Source of the DNA: Flavobacteriales bacterium
GTDB taxonomy: Bacteria > Bacteroidota > Bacteroidia > Flavobacteriales_D > Sanyastnellaceae
NCBI GenBank assembly: GCA_011524845.1
Contig: WTJL01000169.1
Span: forward strand, 1 to 29,373
Reading direction: 5' to 3'
Length of the DNA: 29,373 nt
Shown in pieces: positions 19,615-28,390 of this stretch. Each line of letters starts with the position of its first letter. Position 1 is the stretch's first letter. Position numbers and translations under genes: made by a program. The notes beneath the pieces were generated by a model that was not told the DNA's origin, did not search any database, and worked only from the letters and a program-made list of their open reading frames with translations.

Positions 19615-19622
19615 CAAACCTA
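19615..19622 (-). promoter_or_regulatory. -7 box (TAGGTTTG) driving the candidate ncRNA
   Basis: Exact TAnnTTTG match with no start codon downstream before the terminator. Confidence 0.65.
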
Positions 19623-19731
19623 CTTTTTCCCTCCTCCGGCCACGTCAAGCCTTTGTGAAGGGGTTGTGAATGTTTGTTGACGCTTGGGTTGCCTCCACCG
19701 TCACTGGGGGTGGAAATCACGCAAGTCGTGG

Positions 19732-19739
19732 CATCTTTG
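19732..19739 (+). promoter_or_regulatory. -7 box variant (CATCTTTG), 5 nt before the sensor kinase ATG
   Basis: One mismatch to consensus. Confidence 0.55.
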
Positions 19740-19744
19740 GTTCC

Positions 19745-21031
19745 ATGAAAGGCCGGCTCATCCCCGTGTTGGTGGGGTCCATGACTGCAGCGATGCTCGT
19801 CATTGTGGCCGTGCAAGTCAGCTGGCTGGAGTCTTCGGCCAAACTCCGAAAGGAAGTCTTCGACCAAAGCGTCGAGCAGAGCCTGCAACTGGTCGCCAAC
19901 TGGTTGACGGCCACCCATCTGGACAAGCCTGAGGAGGTCGACCCCCAAGTGTTGCGCACGGACGAATTGGCCCCTGAAGAGCGCCTCATCGTGCGGCGAA
20001 TGGAAGCCCTTCCCATGGATTCGTTGTTGATGCTGGCGTTCAAGGAACAGGGCATCGAGGCGGAGCCAGTGTTTGGGGCGTACGACCGGTACGGGCAACC
20101 CGTCTACCTCCTCGAAGCGTCCGAGCCCTTCAGCGAAGACCTTCTCGCTCGCGGCTATTCGGTGGCGCTGGGAACCCTCCAGTTCCGGGTGCACTTCCCC
20201 AAGCTGGGCCGCTACCTCATCGGCCAAATGCTCGGTGCCTTCGCCCTGAGCGTGATGATGATGTTGCTGATTGCCGGGGGATTTGGGTACACGCTGTTTG
20301 CGATTCAGCGCACCAAACGCCTCGACCGCCTCCAGCGAGACCTGGTCAACAACCTCACGCACGAGCTCAAAACGCCCATCTCCAGCATTGGGCTGGCGAG
20401 CGAGGCGCTGTCTGACCCAGCCTTCGACGACGAGGCTCGCAAACACTACCTGGGCCTGATTCGCGAAGAGAACAAGCGTCTCGGAGTGCTCGTGGAAAAC
20501 GTGCTTCGTGCGAGCCTCTCTGAAACCGGCGCCATGCGGCTGTACGTCCAGCCCCTCAACCTGCACGACCTCATCAAAACAGTGGTGAAGAACATGGCCA
20601 TGCAATTCCACAAGCAGGGGGTGAAGGTGGATTTGGCCTTGGACGCGAGCAATCCCAACCTGGTGGCGGACCGCATCCACTTGACCAACATCCTTTTCAA
20701 CTTGATCGACAACGCGGTCAAATATTCAGGGGAAGACCCGCACATTGTCATTCGCACGGCCCAAACCCCTGACGGAGTGTCACTCCACATCCAAGACAAT
20801 GGGGTCGGCATCGCCAAAGAACATCTTGGCAAGGTCTTTGAAAGGCTCTATCGTGTCCCCACCGGCAACGTCCACGACGTGAAGGGGTTTGGCCTGGGCC
20901 TGAGCTACGTGAAAAACGTGGTCGAAGGCCACGGCGGATCCGTCCACATCGCAAGCCGCGTCGGCGAGGGCACAACATTGAAGCTCATGCTTCCGTTTGA
21001 ATGCCAACCTGACAAGACACACACCTCATGA
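19745..21031 (+). CDS. rprX: Membrane sensor histidine kinase (RprX-like)
   Basis: Two TM helices, H-box NNLTHELKTP, N-box NLIDNAVKYS, DNGVGI, F-box VFERLYRV, GFGLGLS. Start moved to ATG 19745. Symbol inferred from the partner regulator. Confidence 0.9.
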   Translation: MKGRLIPVLVGSMTAAMLVIVAVQVSWLESSAKLRKEVFDQSVEQSLQLVANWLTATHLDKPEEVDPQVLRTDELAPEERLIVRRMEALPMDSLLMLAFKEQGIEAEPVFGAYDRYGQPVYLLEASEPFSEDLLARGYSVALGTLQFRVHFPKLGRYLIGQMLGAFALSVMMMLLIAGGFGYTLFAIQRTKRLDRLQRDLVNNLTHELKTPISSIGLASEALSDPAFDDEARKHYLGLIREENKRLGVLVENVLRASLSETGAMRLYVQPLNLHDLIKTVVKNMAMQFHKQGVKVDLALDASNPNLVADRIHLTNILFNLIDNAVKYSGEDPHIVIRTAQTPDGVSLHIQDNGVGIAKEHLGKVFERLYRVPTGNVHDVKGFGLGLSYVKNVVEGHGGSVHIASRVGEGTTLKLMLPFECQPDKTHTS

Positions 21032-21726
21032 AAGACATCCGCATCCTCCTCTGTGAAGACGATCCCAGCTTGGGACGCTTGCTCTCCGATTACCTCAAGG
21101 CCAAAGGGTTCGAGGTGACTTGGGCGCAAGACGGCGTGGAAGGACTCAAGGCGTTTCACCGCGACACGTACGACTTCATCGTGCTCGACGTGATGATGCC
21201 CCGCAAGGACGGGTTCCAGGTGGCGGAAGAGATTCGGTTGGAGAGCCGGAGCATCCCCATTTTGTTCCTCACAGCGCGGTCGACCAAAGACGACACGCTC
21301 GAAGGATTCAAAGTCGGTGCAGACGACTACATGACCAAGCCCTTCAGCATGGAGGAACTCGTGTTGCGCATCCAAGCCATTTTGCGGCGCTCCTCGGTGT
21401 TGCCCGAAGCTGGCGAAGAGGTGACCGACTTCACCGTGGGCCTGTACACCTACGACTACACGACGCAGTCTCTGACCCTCAACGGCGAGTCCCAACGCCT
21501 CACCACCAAAGAGAACGAACTGCTCTTCATGCTCTGCAAGCACAAGAACGCCCTGCTGGAGCGGGCGCATGCGTTGCGGAACATTTGGGGGGACGCCAAC
21601 TACTTCAACGGACGAAGCATGGACGTCTACATCGCCAAGCTCCGGAAGCACCTCAAAGGCGACGACCGCATCGAGATTCTGAACGTCCACGGCAAGGGCT
21701 TCAAGCTCGTGGCGCCAACAGACTGA
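21028..21726 (+). CDS. rprY: OmpR-family response regulator (RprY-like)
   Basis: ILLCEDD, LDVMMPRKDG, ILFLTA, GADDYMTKPFSMEEL, LTTKENELL, NYFNGRSMDVYIAKLRKHL; ATGA overlap with the kinase stop. Confidence 0.93.
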   Translation: MKDIRILLCEDDPSLGRLLSDYLKAKGFEVTWAQDGVEGLKAFHRDTYDFIVLDVMMPRKDGFQVAEEIRLESRSIPILFLTARSTKDDTLEGFKVGADDYMTKPFSMEELVLRIQAILRRSSVLPEAGEEVTDFTVGLYTYDYTTQSLTLNGESQRLTTKENELLFMLCKHKNALLERAHALRNIWGDANYFNGRSMDVYIAKLRKHLKGDDRIEILNVHGKGFKLVAPTD

Positions 21727-21733
21727 GAATGCC

Positions 21734-21741
21734 TATCTTTG
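21734..21741 (+). promoter_or_regulatory. -7 box (TATCTTTG) for prs-rplY-pth
   Basis: Exact consensus 19 nt before the prs ATG. Confidence 0.75.
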
Positions 21742-21760
21742 CGGCCTCGAAGCGCCGCCC

Positions 21761-22705
21761 ATGTCTGACATGATCAAAATCCTCGCTGGTTCCGCGTCCC
21801 AAGAATTTGGGGAACGCGTGGCTGCAGCGTACGGAACCTCCTTGGTTCCCGTTCGCACCCAGAAATTTTCCGACGGAGAATTCACGGTCAGCATTGAGGA
21901 AACCGTGCGCGGCAAAGAGGTCATCATCGTCCAATCGACGTTCCCCCCCTCCGACAACCTGCTTGAATTGTTGATGCTCATTGACGCGGCCAAACGTGCC
22001 AGCGCCAAGCGCATCGTGGCGGTGATGCCTTACTTCGGGTTTGCCCGTCAAGACCGCAAGGACAAACCACGTGTGGCCATCGGTGCCAAGCTCGTGGCCA
22101 ACATGCTCATGGCGGCAGGCGTGAACCGCATCATCACGATGGACCTTCACGCCGACCAGATCCAGGGCTTCTTCGAAGTTCCCGTGGATCACTTGTACGG
22201 CTCGACGTTGTTCCTCCCTTGGTTGGAAAACAACATCGCCAAGGACGACCTCTGCATTGCCACACCAGACACCGGTGGCACCAAGCGCGCCAGCACCTAC
22301 GCCAAGCACCTCGGCGTGGACATGGCCATTTGCTACAAGCAGCGCAAGGTGGCCAACCAAGTGGAAAACATGACGGTGATTGGCGACGTGAAAGGCAAGA
22401 ACGTGGTGATCGTGGACGACATGTGCGACACGGCCGGCACCTTGACCAAGGCCGCCGACCTGATGATGGAACACGGCGCCCTGAGCGTTCGGGCCATCTG
22501 CACGCACCCCGTGTTGAGCGGACCTGCGTACGAGCGCATCGCCAACAGCTCGTTGGCCGAGCTCATCGTGACGGACTCCATTCCGTTGCGCACGGACGTC
22601 GACACGTCCAAGATCACCGTGCTCCCTGTGCACGACATGTTTGCCCAAGTGCTTCAGTGCTTGATGCGCAACGAATCGATTAGTTCTCAATTTACTCTTC
22701 AATAA
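21761..22705 (+). CDS. prs: Ribose-phosphate pyrophosphokinase
   Basis: FSDGE, PYFGFARQDRK, MDLHADQIQGFF, VDDMCDTAGTL, THPVLSG. Confidence 0.98.
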   Translation: MSDMIKILAGSASQEFGERVAAAYGTSLVPVRTQKFSDGEFTVSIEETVRGKEVIIVQSTFPPSDNLLELLMLIDAAKRASAKRIVAVMPYFGFARQDRKDKPRVAIGAKLVANMLMAAGVNRIITMDLHADQIQGFFEVPVDHLYGSTLFLPWLENNIAKDDLCIATPDTGGTKRASTYAKHLGVDMAICYKQRKVANQVENMTVIGDVKGKNVVIVDDMCDTAGTLTKAADLMMEHGALSVRAICTHPVLSGPAYERIANSSLAELIVTDSIPLRTDVDTSKITVLPVHDMFAQVLQCLMRNESISSQFTLQ

Positions 22706-22714
22706 TTTTTCATC

Positions 22715-23347
22715 ATGAAAACTGCATCATTGAGCGGCTCTCTCCGTGAGAGCGTAGGGAAAAAAGATGCCGATGCGCTCCGCGCCAACAACCAGGTTCC
22801 TGGCGTGTTGTACGGCGGCGCTGAGCAGATCCACTTCAGCGTGTCTGAAGTTCAACTCAACAAGATCGTCTTCAACCCAGACGTCTTCAAAATCGAGTTG
22901 GACATCGACGGCAAGAAGGTGGACTGCATCATTCAGGACATCCAATTCCACCCTGTGACCGACCGCGTCACGCACCTCGACTTCCTCGAAATCCTCCCTG
23001 GCAAGCCCGTCAAGGTTGCGCTTCCGTTGCGCACGACCGGCCAGTCCATCGGTGTGATGAACGGTGGACGTTTGGAACTGAACTACCGTCGTGTGCCCGT
23101 GCGCGGCATCGCGGACCAGCTCCCCGAGTGCCTCACCGTGGACATCACGCCTTTGAAGATTGGGGACAACGCCCGTGTGCGTGACCTCAACGTGGAAGGC
23201 CTCGAGATCCTTCTCAGCGAAAGCGCCCTCCTCGTGGCTTGCAAGCGCACGCGTGCCGCCATGTCTGCTGAATCTGCCTTGGAAGGTGAAGAAGGCGGTG
23301 AAGGTGCTGAAGGCGGCGAAGGCGAAGGCGAAGGCGGCGAAGGATAA
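22715..23347 (+). CDS. rplY: 50S ribosomal protein L25 / general stress protein Ctc
   Basis: VPGVLYG, IQFHPVTDRVTHLDF, acidic E/G tail; canonical prs-rplY-pth order. Confidence 0.96.
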   Translation: MKTASLSGSLRESVGKKDADALRANNQVPGVLYGGAEQIHFSVSEVQLNKIVFNPDVFKIELDIDGKKVDCIIQDIQFHPVTDRVTHLDFLEILPGKPVKVALPLRTTGQSIGVMNGGRLELNYRRVPVRGIADQLPECLTVDITPLKIGDNARVRDLNVEGLEILLSESALLVACKRTRAAMSAESALEGEEGGEGAEGGEGEGEGGEG

Positions 23348-23359
23348 TCCCCTCGCTGC

Positions 23360-23923
23360 ATGAAGTACCTCATGGTGGGCCTCGGCAATCCCGGGGCAGA
23401 ATATGAGGAAACCCGACACAACATCGGGTTCAAGGTGGTGGACTCCCTCGCCCAACGTCTGTCCGGATCGTTCGAGACCGGCAGACTGGGCGAGGTGTCC
23501 ACCGTCCGTTTTAAGGGACGTCACATTGTGCTTCTCAAGCCCTCCACGTTCATGAACCTGAGCGGCAAGGCCGTGCGGTATTGGATGGACGCGGAGAAGA
23601 TTCCCTTGGAACGGGTGGTCGTCATCACCGACGACTTGAATTTGCCCTTTGGAACGCTGAGGCTTCGGGCCAAAGGCAGCGACGGGGGGCACAACGGTCT
23701 CAAGGACCTCCAACAGGTGCTGGGAACGACGAAGTACCCTCGGCTGCGGTTTGGGATTGGGGCGGAGTTTGGGAAAGGTCAGCAGGTCGATTACGTCCTG
23801 GGCAAGTGGAGCGCAGAAGAGCAAGAGCGCATGGACGAGCGCTTGACCAAAGCCGGCGATGCCGTGCTCAACATCACCACCGCGGGTTTGGCCCGGGCGA
23901 TGAACGCTTACAACGGCCAGTGA
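23360..23923 (+). CDS. pth: Peptidyl-tRNA hydrolase
   Basis: VGLGNPG, TRHNIGF, KPSTFMNLSG, GSDGGHNGL, RLRFGIG. Confidence 0.98.
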   Translation: MKYLMVGLGNPGAEYEETRHNIGFKVVDSLAQRLSGSFETGRLGEVSTVRFKGRHIVLLKPSTFMNLSGKAVRYWMDAEKIPLERVVVITDDLNLPFGTLRLRAKGSDGGHNGLKDLQQVLGTTKYPRLRFGIGAEFGKGQQVDYVLGKWSAEEQERMDERLTKAGDAVLNITTAGLARAMNAYNGQ

Positions 23924-23930
23924 GGCCCTT

Positions 23931-24566
23931 TCAGTCCACGTCTTCTTCGTAGAAATGGTTGTTGCCGATGTACGCCACCACGGCGTCGGGCAACAGGAAC
24001 TGCACGTCGTGGCCCGCCATGATCGCGTCCCGCACGTAGGTCGAGCTGATGGCGATGATGGGCGCTTCGTGGACCTCCACGTTGTCGTGCGCCAACCATT
24101 GGGCCGTTGCGGCGTCGGAAGCCGACGTCCCCTGCGTCAACCGAGGATAGATCAACATGCGGTGCGTGGAGACCAAGGCGTCGTGGTCCTTCCATGTGTG
24201 GAACGACTCGAGGTTGTCCTGACCCATGATGATGCTGAACGCCACGTCGGGATGGGCTTCGCGCAGGTGATGCATCGTGTCGGCCGTGTAGTTGGGCCGG
24301 GGCAAATTGAACTCCACGTCGATCGCCTTCAGGTGGGGGTGGTCGGCCAAGGCCAGACGTGCCATTTGAAGGCGATGCCCTTCAGGAATCATGGACACCC
24401 CTTGCTTGTGGGGGCTGCTTGGGGTCACCACAAACCACACCTCGTCGAGGTCCGCCTGATTGAGCATGTGGTTGGCGATGACCAAGTGCCCCAAGTGAAT
24501 GGGGTTGAACGACCCAAAATACAGACCGACGCGAAGCGCTTTGGAAGGGGCTTGGGTCGGGTTCAT
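23931..24566 (-). CDS. nadD: Nicotinate-nucleotide adenylyltransferase
   Basis: GSFNPIHLGH (HxGH), IMGQDNL, ISSTYVR. ATG 24566 preferred over TTG 24575. Confidence 0.96.
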   Translation of the reverse strand: MNPTQAPSKALRVGLYFGSFNPIHLGHLVIANHMLNQADLDEVWFVVTPSSPHKQGVSMIPEGHRLQMARLALADHPHLKAIDVEFNLPRPNYTADTMHHLREAHPDVAFSIIMGQDNLESFHTWKDHDALVSTHRMLIYPRLTQGTSASDAATAQWLAHDNVEVHEAPIIAISSTYVRDAIMAGHDVQFLLPDAVVAYIGNNHFYEEDVD

Positions 24567-24595
24567 GGCGTCCAAGGGGCGTTGAAATGCTGGGG

Positions 24596-25198
24596 TCAGA
24601 GGTAGGCGCGTTCCAAGAAATCCCCCACCATGTCCTCGGCCTCCTGCTTGGCAAGGTCGAGGTCGTCGTTGACGAGCCTCAGGTCAAACGCCGGGGCCGC
24701 TTCCAGCTCTTGCTGAGCTTTGGCGATGCGCTTTTCAAGCGCGGCCTCGTCTTCCGTGCCACGTCCGCGGAGCCGGTCTTCCAACACGAACAGCGAGGGG
24801 GGCATGACGAAGATGGACAACGCGCTGTCGCCGAAGACGGACTTGAGGGTTTGGCCTCCCACCACGTCCACGTCAAACAGCGGGGTCCGGCCGTCGCGCC
24901 ACAACTTCTCCACCTCGCTGCACAGCGTGCCGTACGACAGGCCCTCGTACACCTCCTCGTACTCGACGAATGCGCCGTCCTTCACCTTCGCGGCAAAGTC
25001 CGCGGGATCCAAGAAATGGTAGTCCTTGCCGTCCACTTCGCCTTCGCGGGGGCCGCGGGTTGTGGCACTCACACTGAAACCAAGCGACAAGTCAGACTTG
25101 GACATGAGGTGCTTCACCAGCGTGGTTTTTCCGGCACCCGACGGGGCGGAAAAGATGATGGCAAGGCCGTCGCCTTGGGGTTTGGAGCCTGCGGGCAT
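24596..25198 (-). CDS. gmk: Guanylate kinase
   Basis: SAPSGAGKTT P-loop, SVSATTRGPREGEVDGKDYHF, YGT, FDVDVVG. Confidence 0.97.
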   Translation of the reverse strand: MPAGSKPQGDGLAIIFSAPSGAGKTTLVKHLMSKSDLSLGFSVSATTRGPREGEVDGKDYHFLDPADFAAKVKDGAFVEYEEVYEGLSYGTLCSEVEKLWRDGRTPLFDVDVVGGQTLKSVFGDSALSIFVMPPSLFVLEDRLRGRGTEDEAALEKRIAKAQQELEAAPAFDLRLVNDDLDLAKQEAEDMVGDFLERAYL

Positions 25199-25201
25199 GG
25201 G

Positions 25202-26074
25202 TCAGAGGACGTTGAGGACTTGTTCCTTGATTTTCTCGAGCTCGTCCTTCATTTGAACGACGATGCGTTGAAGGTCGGCGTCGTTGGCCTTGCTGCCGAG
25301 GGTGTTGATCTCACGTCCCATTTCTTGGGCCACAAACCCGAGCTTCTTCCCCTGTCCACTGCCCGTTTCCATGATTTCACGGAAGTAGGCGATGTGGGCC
25401 GTGAGGCGCGTGCGCTCCTCGCTGACGTCCATCTTCTCAATGTAGTAGAGCACCTCCTGCTCAAACCGGCCCTCGTCCAACGTGGCGCGGTCGATGGTCT
25501 CTTCGAGGTTGGTGCGAATGCGGTCGCGGACGCGCTGGATTCGGGCGTCCAAGAGCGGGTCCAAGCCCGATTCGAGGCGCTCGATTTCATCCAAGCGGCC
25601 CTTGAAATCCGCCTCAAGCGAGGCGCCTTCCGTGTTGCGGAACGCATCGAAGTTGTCTGCCGCCTCCAGCACCAACGCATGAATGCCGGCCCAAGCCGCC
25701 TCGTCGAAGGCCTCCTTGGACGTTTGCATGGCGTCGGGGAAGCGCACGGCCGTCGACAACAGGTTGCCCGTTGGTTGGCCTGTTTCTTGGGCCAGAGCTT
25801 CCAAGTCCTGAACGTACTTCCGGATGACCGGCGCGTTGAGTTCGTTGCGCGCTTCCGCGGCATCGGCTTCGAAGTGGATGGCGATGTCGCTCTTTCCCCG
25901 GACAATGCGGGCCCCGAGTTCGGTGCGCAGGTCCATTTCTTTTTGCTTCAGCACGGAGGGCATCCGCACCTGGAGGTCGAGGTTTTTGCCGTTCAACGAA
26001 CGGACCTCGACCGTGTATTTTCGGGAACCGACGGCACCTTCCGCCTTTCCGTAGCCTGTCATAGAGCGCAGCAT
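25202..26074 (-). CDS. yicC: YicC/YloC family endoribonuclease
   Basis: MLRSMTGYG, EVRSLNGK, RGK, DVSEE, GKKLGFVAQEMGREINTLGSKAN, EKIKEQVLNVL. Start at ATG 26074. Confidence 0.95.
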   Translation of the reverse strand: MLRSMTGYGKAEGAVGSRKYTVEVRSLNGKNLDLQVRMPSVLKQKEMDLRTELGARIVRGKSDIAIHFEADAAEARNELNAPVIRKYVQDLEALAQETGQPTGNLLSTAVRFPDAMQTSKEAFDEAAWAGIHALVLEAADNFDAFRNTEGASLEADFKGRLDEIERLESGLDPLLDARIQRVRDRIRTNLEETIDRATLDEGRFEQEVLYYIEKMDVSEERTRLTAHIAYFREIMETGSGQGKKLGFVAQEMGREINTLGSKANDADLQRIVVQMKDELEKIKEQVLNVL

Positions 26075-26078
26075 GAAG

Positions 26079-26086
26079 CGAAGATA
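26079..26086 (-). promoter_or_regulatory. -7 box variant (TATCTTCG), 4 nt before the yicC ATG
   Basis: One mismatch to consensus. Confidence 0.6.
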
Positions 26087-26149
26087 CGCTCTCGAACCGG
26101 TGCGCGCTTCCCGTGCCCGCAGGAAGGTCAATGCCCCGCGGCCCCGCGC

Positions 26150-26157
26150 TACCTTTG
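26150..26157 (+). promoter_or_regulatory. -7 box (TACCTTTG), 5 nt before the polyprenyl synthetase ATG
   Basis: Exact consensus. Confidence 0.7.
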
Positions 26158-26162
26158 CAGCC

Positions 26163-27170
26163 ATGTCGGATCTGAAACGCGTGACCTCCCTCCTTGCTGG
26201 AGACATGGCGGCCTTCAAGCCCAAATTCCGGGCGGCCGTCACCACCGACGTCGCCTTGCTCGACACGGTCATGCGCTACATCCTTCGCCGCAAAGGCAAG
26301 CAGATGCGGCCCATGTTTGTGTTTCTCAGCGCGCGCCTTCACGGCGGGGTCGACGCCCAAGGTGCCGCCACAGACCAGGCGCACACCGCCGCAGCCCTCA
26401 TCGAGCTCTTGCACACCGCCACACTGGTCCACGACGACGTGGTCGACGAGAGCCCGTTGCGACGCGGTGTGTTCAGCATTCAGGCGCTGTGGAAGAAGAA
26501 AGTCGCCGTGCTCGTGGGCGACTACCTGCTGTCGCGCGGTCTTCTTGCCGCGGTAGACGCCGAGGCGTTTGACCTGTTGAAGATCACCTCTCGCGCCGTG
26601 CGCGAGATGAGCGAAGGCGAGCTCCTCCAAATCGAAAAGGCACGCCGCCTCGACATCACTGAGGAAGTCTACTTCGACATCATTCGCCGCAAGACCGCCT
26701 CGCTCCTCGCGGCCTGCTGCGCGTGCGGTGCCGCCTCGGCCGGTGCCGACGACGACACGGTCCAAAAGATGTGGGGCCTCGGCGAACGCGTGGGGCTCGC
26801 CTTCCAAATCCAGGACGACCTCCTCGACCTCGGCGAAGGCGACCGCACCGGCAAACCCACCGGCCAGGACATCCGCGAGCGCAAGATGACGCTCCCCCTC
26901 ATCCACACGCTCGCCAAGGCCACCCCCTCAGAACGCCGTCGCCTCATCCGGCTTGTCAAGCACAAGAGCGAAGACCCTGCAGCGGTCAAAGAGGTCATGG
27001 ACGCCATCCTCGCCGGTCCCGGCATGGAACGCGCCCGTTCTGAAATGCGTCGCTTGAAAGAGGAGTCCCTCGCCCTGCTCAACGAACTCGGCGGCCACGA
27101 CGCGGTCAGCACCGAAGCCCGCGACGCCTTGCGCGACCTCATCGAGTACACCATTCGCCGCGTCCAATGA
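26163..27170 (+). CDS. ispB: Long-chain polyprenyl diphosphate synthase (IspB-like)
   Basis: KGKQMRP, ELLHTATLVHDDVVD (FARM), KTASL, FQIQDDLLD (SARM), GKPTGQD. Start at ATG 26163. Chain length cannot be determined from sequence by eye. Confidence 0.92.
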   Translation: MSDLKRVTSLLAGDMAAFKPKFRAAVTTDVALLDTVMRYILRRKGKQMRPMFVFLSARLHGGVDAQGAATDQAHTAAALIELLHTATLVHDDVVDESPLRRGVFSIQALWKKKVAVLVGDYLLSRGLLAAVDAEAFDLLKITSRAVREMSEGELLQIEKARRLDITEEVYFDIIRRKTASLLAACCACGAASAGADDDTVQKMWGLGERVGLAFQIQDDLLDLGEGDRTGKPTGQDIRERKMTLPLIHTLAKATPSERRRLIRLVKHKSEDPAAVKEVMDAILAGPGMERARSEMRRLKEESLALLNELGGHDAVSTEARDALRDLIEYTIRRVQ

Positions 27171-27592
27171 GCCTGCGCCTGTCCATCCTCTGCTTGACGC
27201 TTGGCGTGTTGGCCTCCTCTTGCGCCACCTCCGACCCCAACGCCCCGCGTCAAGAGGTCCAATCCACTTGGCCCGACGGGGACCCACGCGTGGTGCTCGG
27301 CTTCCGAGGCGACACCGTCCACGAACAACTCGAATACCACGAAACGGGCCAGCTCATGTCACGCGGCCAGCTCCTGAACGGCCAACGGCACGGGGTGTGG
27401 AACAGCTACTACGACAGCGGCATGCCGTGGTCTCAAGTCAGCTACGACGCAGGAACGGAGCACGGCACCTACCGCACCTACCACCCCAACGGAGAGCCCG
27501 CCATTGAGGGCACCTTCGATCACGGCACCCGAATCGGCACGTGGTCGTTTTACGGGGAGGACGGAAGCGTGCTCAAGCGCGAAACGCGCTGA
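27167..27592 (+). CDS. Small lipoprotein with MORN-variant (YwqK-like) repeats
   Basis: Lipobox LASSC; repeats YHETGQLMSRG, GVWNSYYDSG, GTYRTYHPNG, GTWSFYGEDG; ATGA overlap with the upstream gene. Confidence 0.85.
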   Translation: MSLRLSILCLTLGVLASSCATSDPNAPRQEVQSTWPDGDPRVVLGFRGDTVHEQLEYHETGQLMSRGQLLNGQRHGVWNSYYDSGMPWSQVSYDAGTEHGTYRTYHPNGEPAIEGTFDHGTRIGTWSFYGEDGSVLKRETR

Positions 27593-27622
27593 CCGTTGCG
27601 ACACACGGCTTGCAGGGATTCA

Positions 27623-28306
27623 CTACAGCTGTGGATCTTGGTCTTTCTTCGTTCTGAATTGCCGGCCAAAACCAAATGTGATGGTTTCGTTGCTCCAACC
27701 CACTTCAAGCCGGGTCGCATGGTGCTTTCCAAACCCAACACCCAAGGCGATTCCAGGCATGATCCCAGGCACTTCCTCCCCTCCCCAGACGCCCCCGAGT
27801 TGCACGTGAAACACAGAGCTCACCTCCATCTTCTCATCCGCAATCTTGGTGGACAAGATGACACGAGGGTCGAGAATGAAAAAAGCCTTGCCTTCATCTG
27901 GGATGTACAGTTGAATGGGCAACGAAGCGGCCAGGTTGTTTGCGGTCGAGGAAGCCGACCATTTGGAACCCAACTCGAGGAAGGAATAACTGTCTAGGAG
28001 CAAGGAATATTGTCCGGAGGAGTAACTCACAGGGCTCTCGCTCATGGCATTCCGTCGCTCCACCCGCAACCTGATGTCTTGATTGGCAGAAATTCCATGG
28101 TCGACAATTCCCGTCAATGATGTGCCTGCGTAGTCACCATGGATGGATTCCGGACTCACTGTCCCGGCCAACGTCACTTTGGTTTCACCCGCTTCGAGGG
28201 ACTCCGACGTTTCAAACATTGTTGTCACAGGGTGATAACACCCCGAACCTACCAACATGAACATCGCCAAACCGGCGACTTGCCCATTGGATTTGATGCA
28301 CCGCAT
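27623..28306 (-). CDS. Hypothetical lipoprotein (beta-rich, possibly outer membrane), lower GC than neighbours
   Basis: ATG 28306 gives a 23-aa lipoprotein-type signal (AMFMLVGSGC); alternating hydrophobic strands follow. The listed TTG 28354 start is less likely. Confidence 0.7.
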   Translation of the reverse strand: MRCIKSNGQVAGLAMFMLVGSGCYHPVTTMFETSESLEAGETKVTLAGTVSPESIHGDYAGTSLTGIVDHGISANQDIRLRVERRNAMSESPVSYSSGQYSLLLDSYSFLELGSKWSASSTANNLAASLPIQLYIPDEGKAFFILDPRVILSTKIADEKMEVSSVFHVQLGGVWGGEEVPGIMPGIALGVGFGKHHATRLEVGWSNETITFGFGRQFRTKKDQDPQL

Positions 28307-28390
28307 GGCAGTAAAGTACATCAAACCAATGATATAGAATTGCCTCCAACGCAAAGCACTGAAGCAAACTTCTCCAGTTGCGCTGAGGAT

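Noticed and set aside
19610-19642. Plus-strand GGGCAAACC ... CCTCCGGCC resembling pieces of a c-di-GMP-I riboswitch
   Set aside because: The GNRA-capped stem and GGGACGCAAAG segment are absent; the CAAACCTA is better explained as the reverse of a -7 promoter box.
23281-23347. GAAGGC-type short tandem repeats
   Set aside because: They encode the ordinary acidic E/G tail of L25/Ctc.
27593-27622. Possible integron attC site beside the lower-GC gene
   Set aside because: No RYYYAAC...GTTRRRY pair and no extended palindrome.
9713-28354. Upstream-extended ORF starts in the track (9713, 17508, 19480, 19670, 26073, 26272, 28354)
   Set aside because: They cross terminators, promoter boxes or neighbouring genes, and the added residues are non-homologous; downstream starts were used instead.
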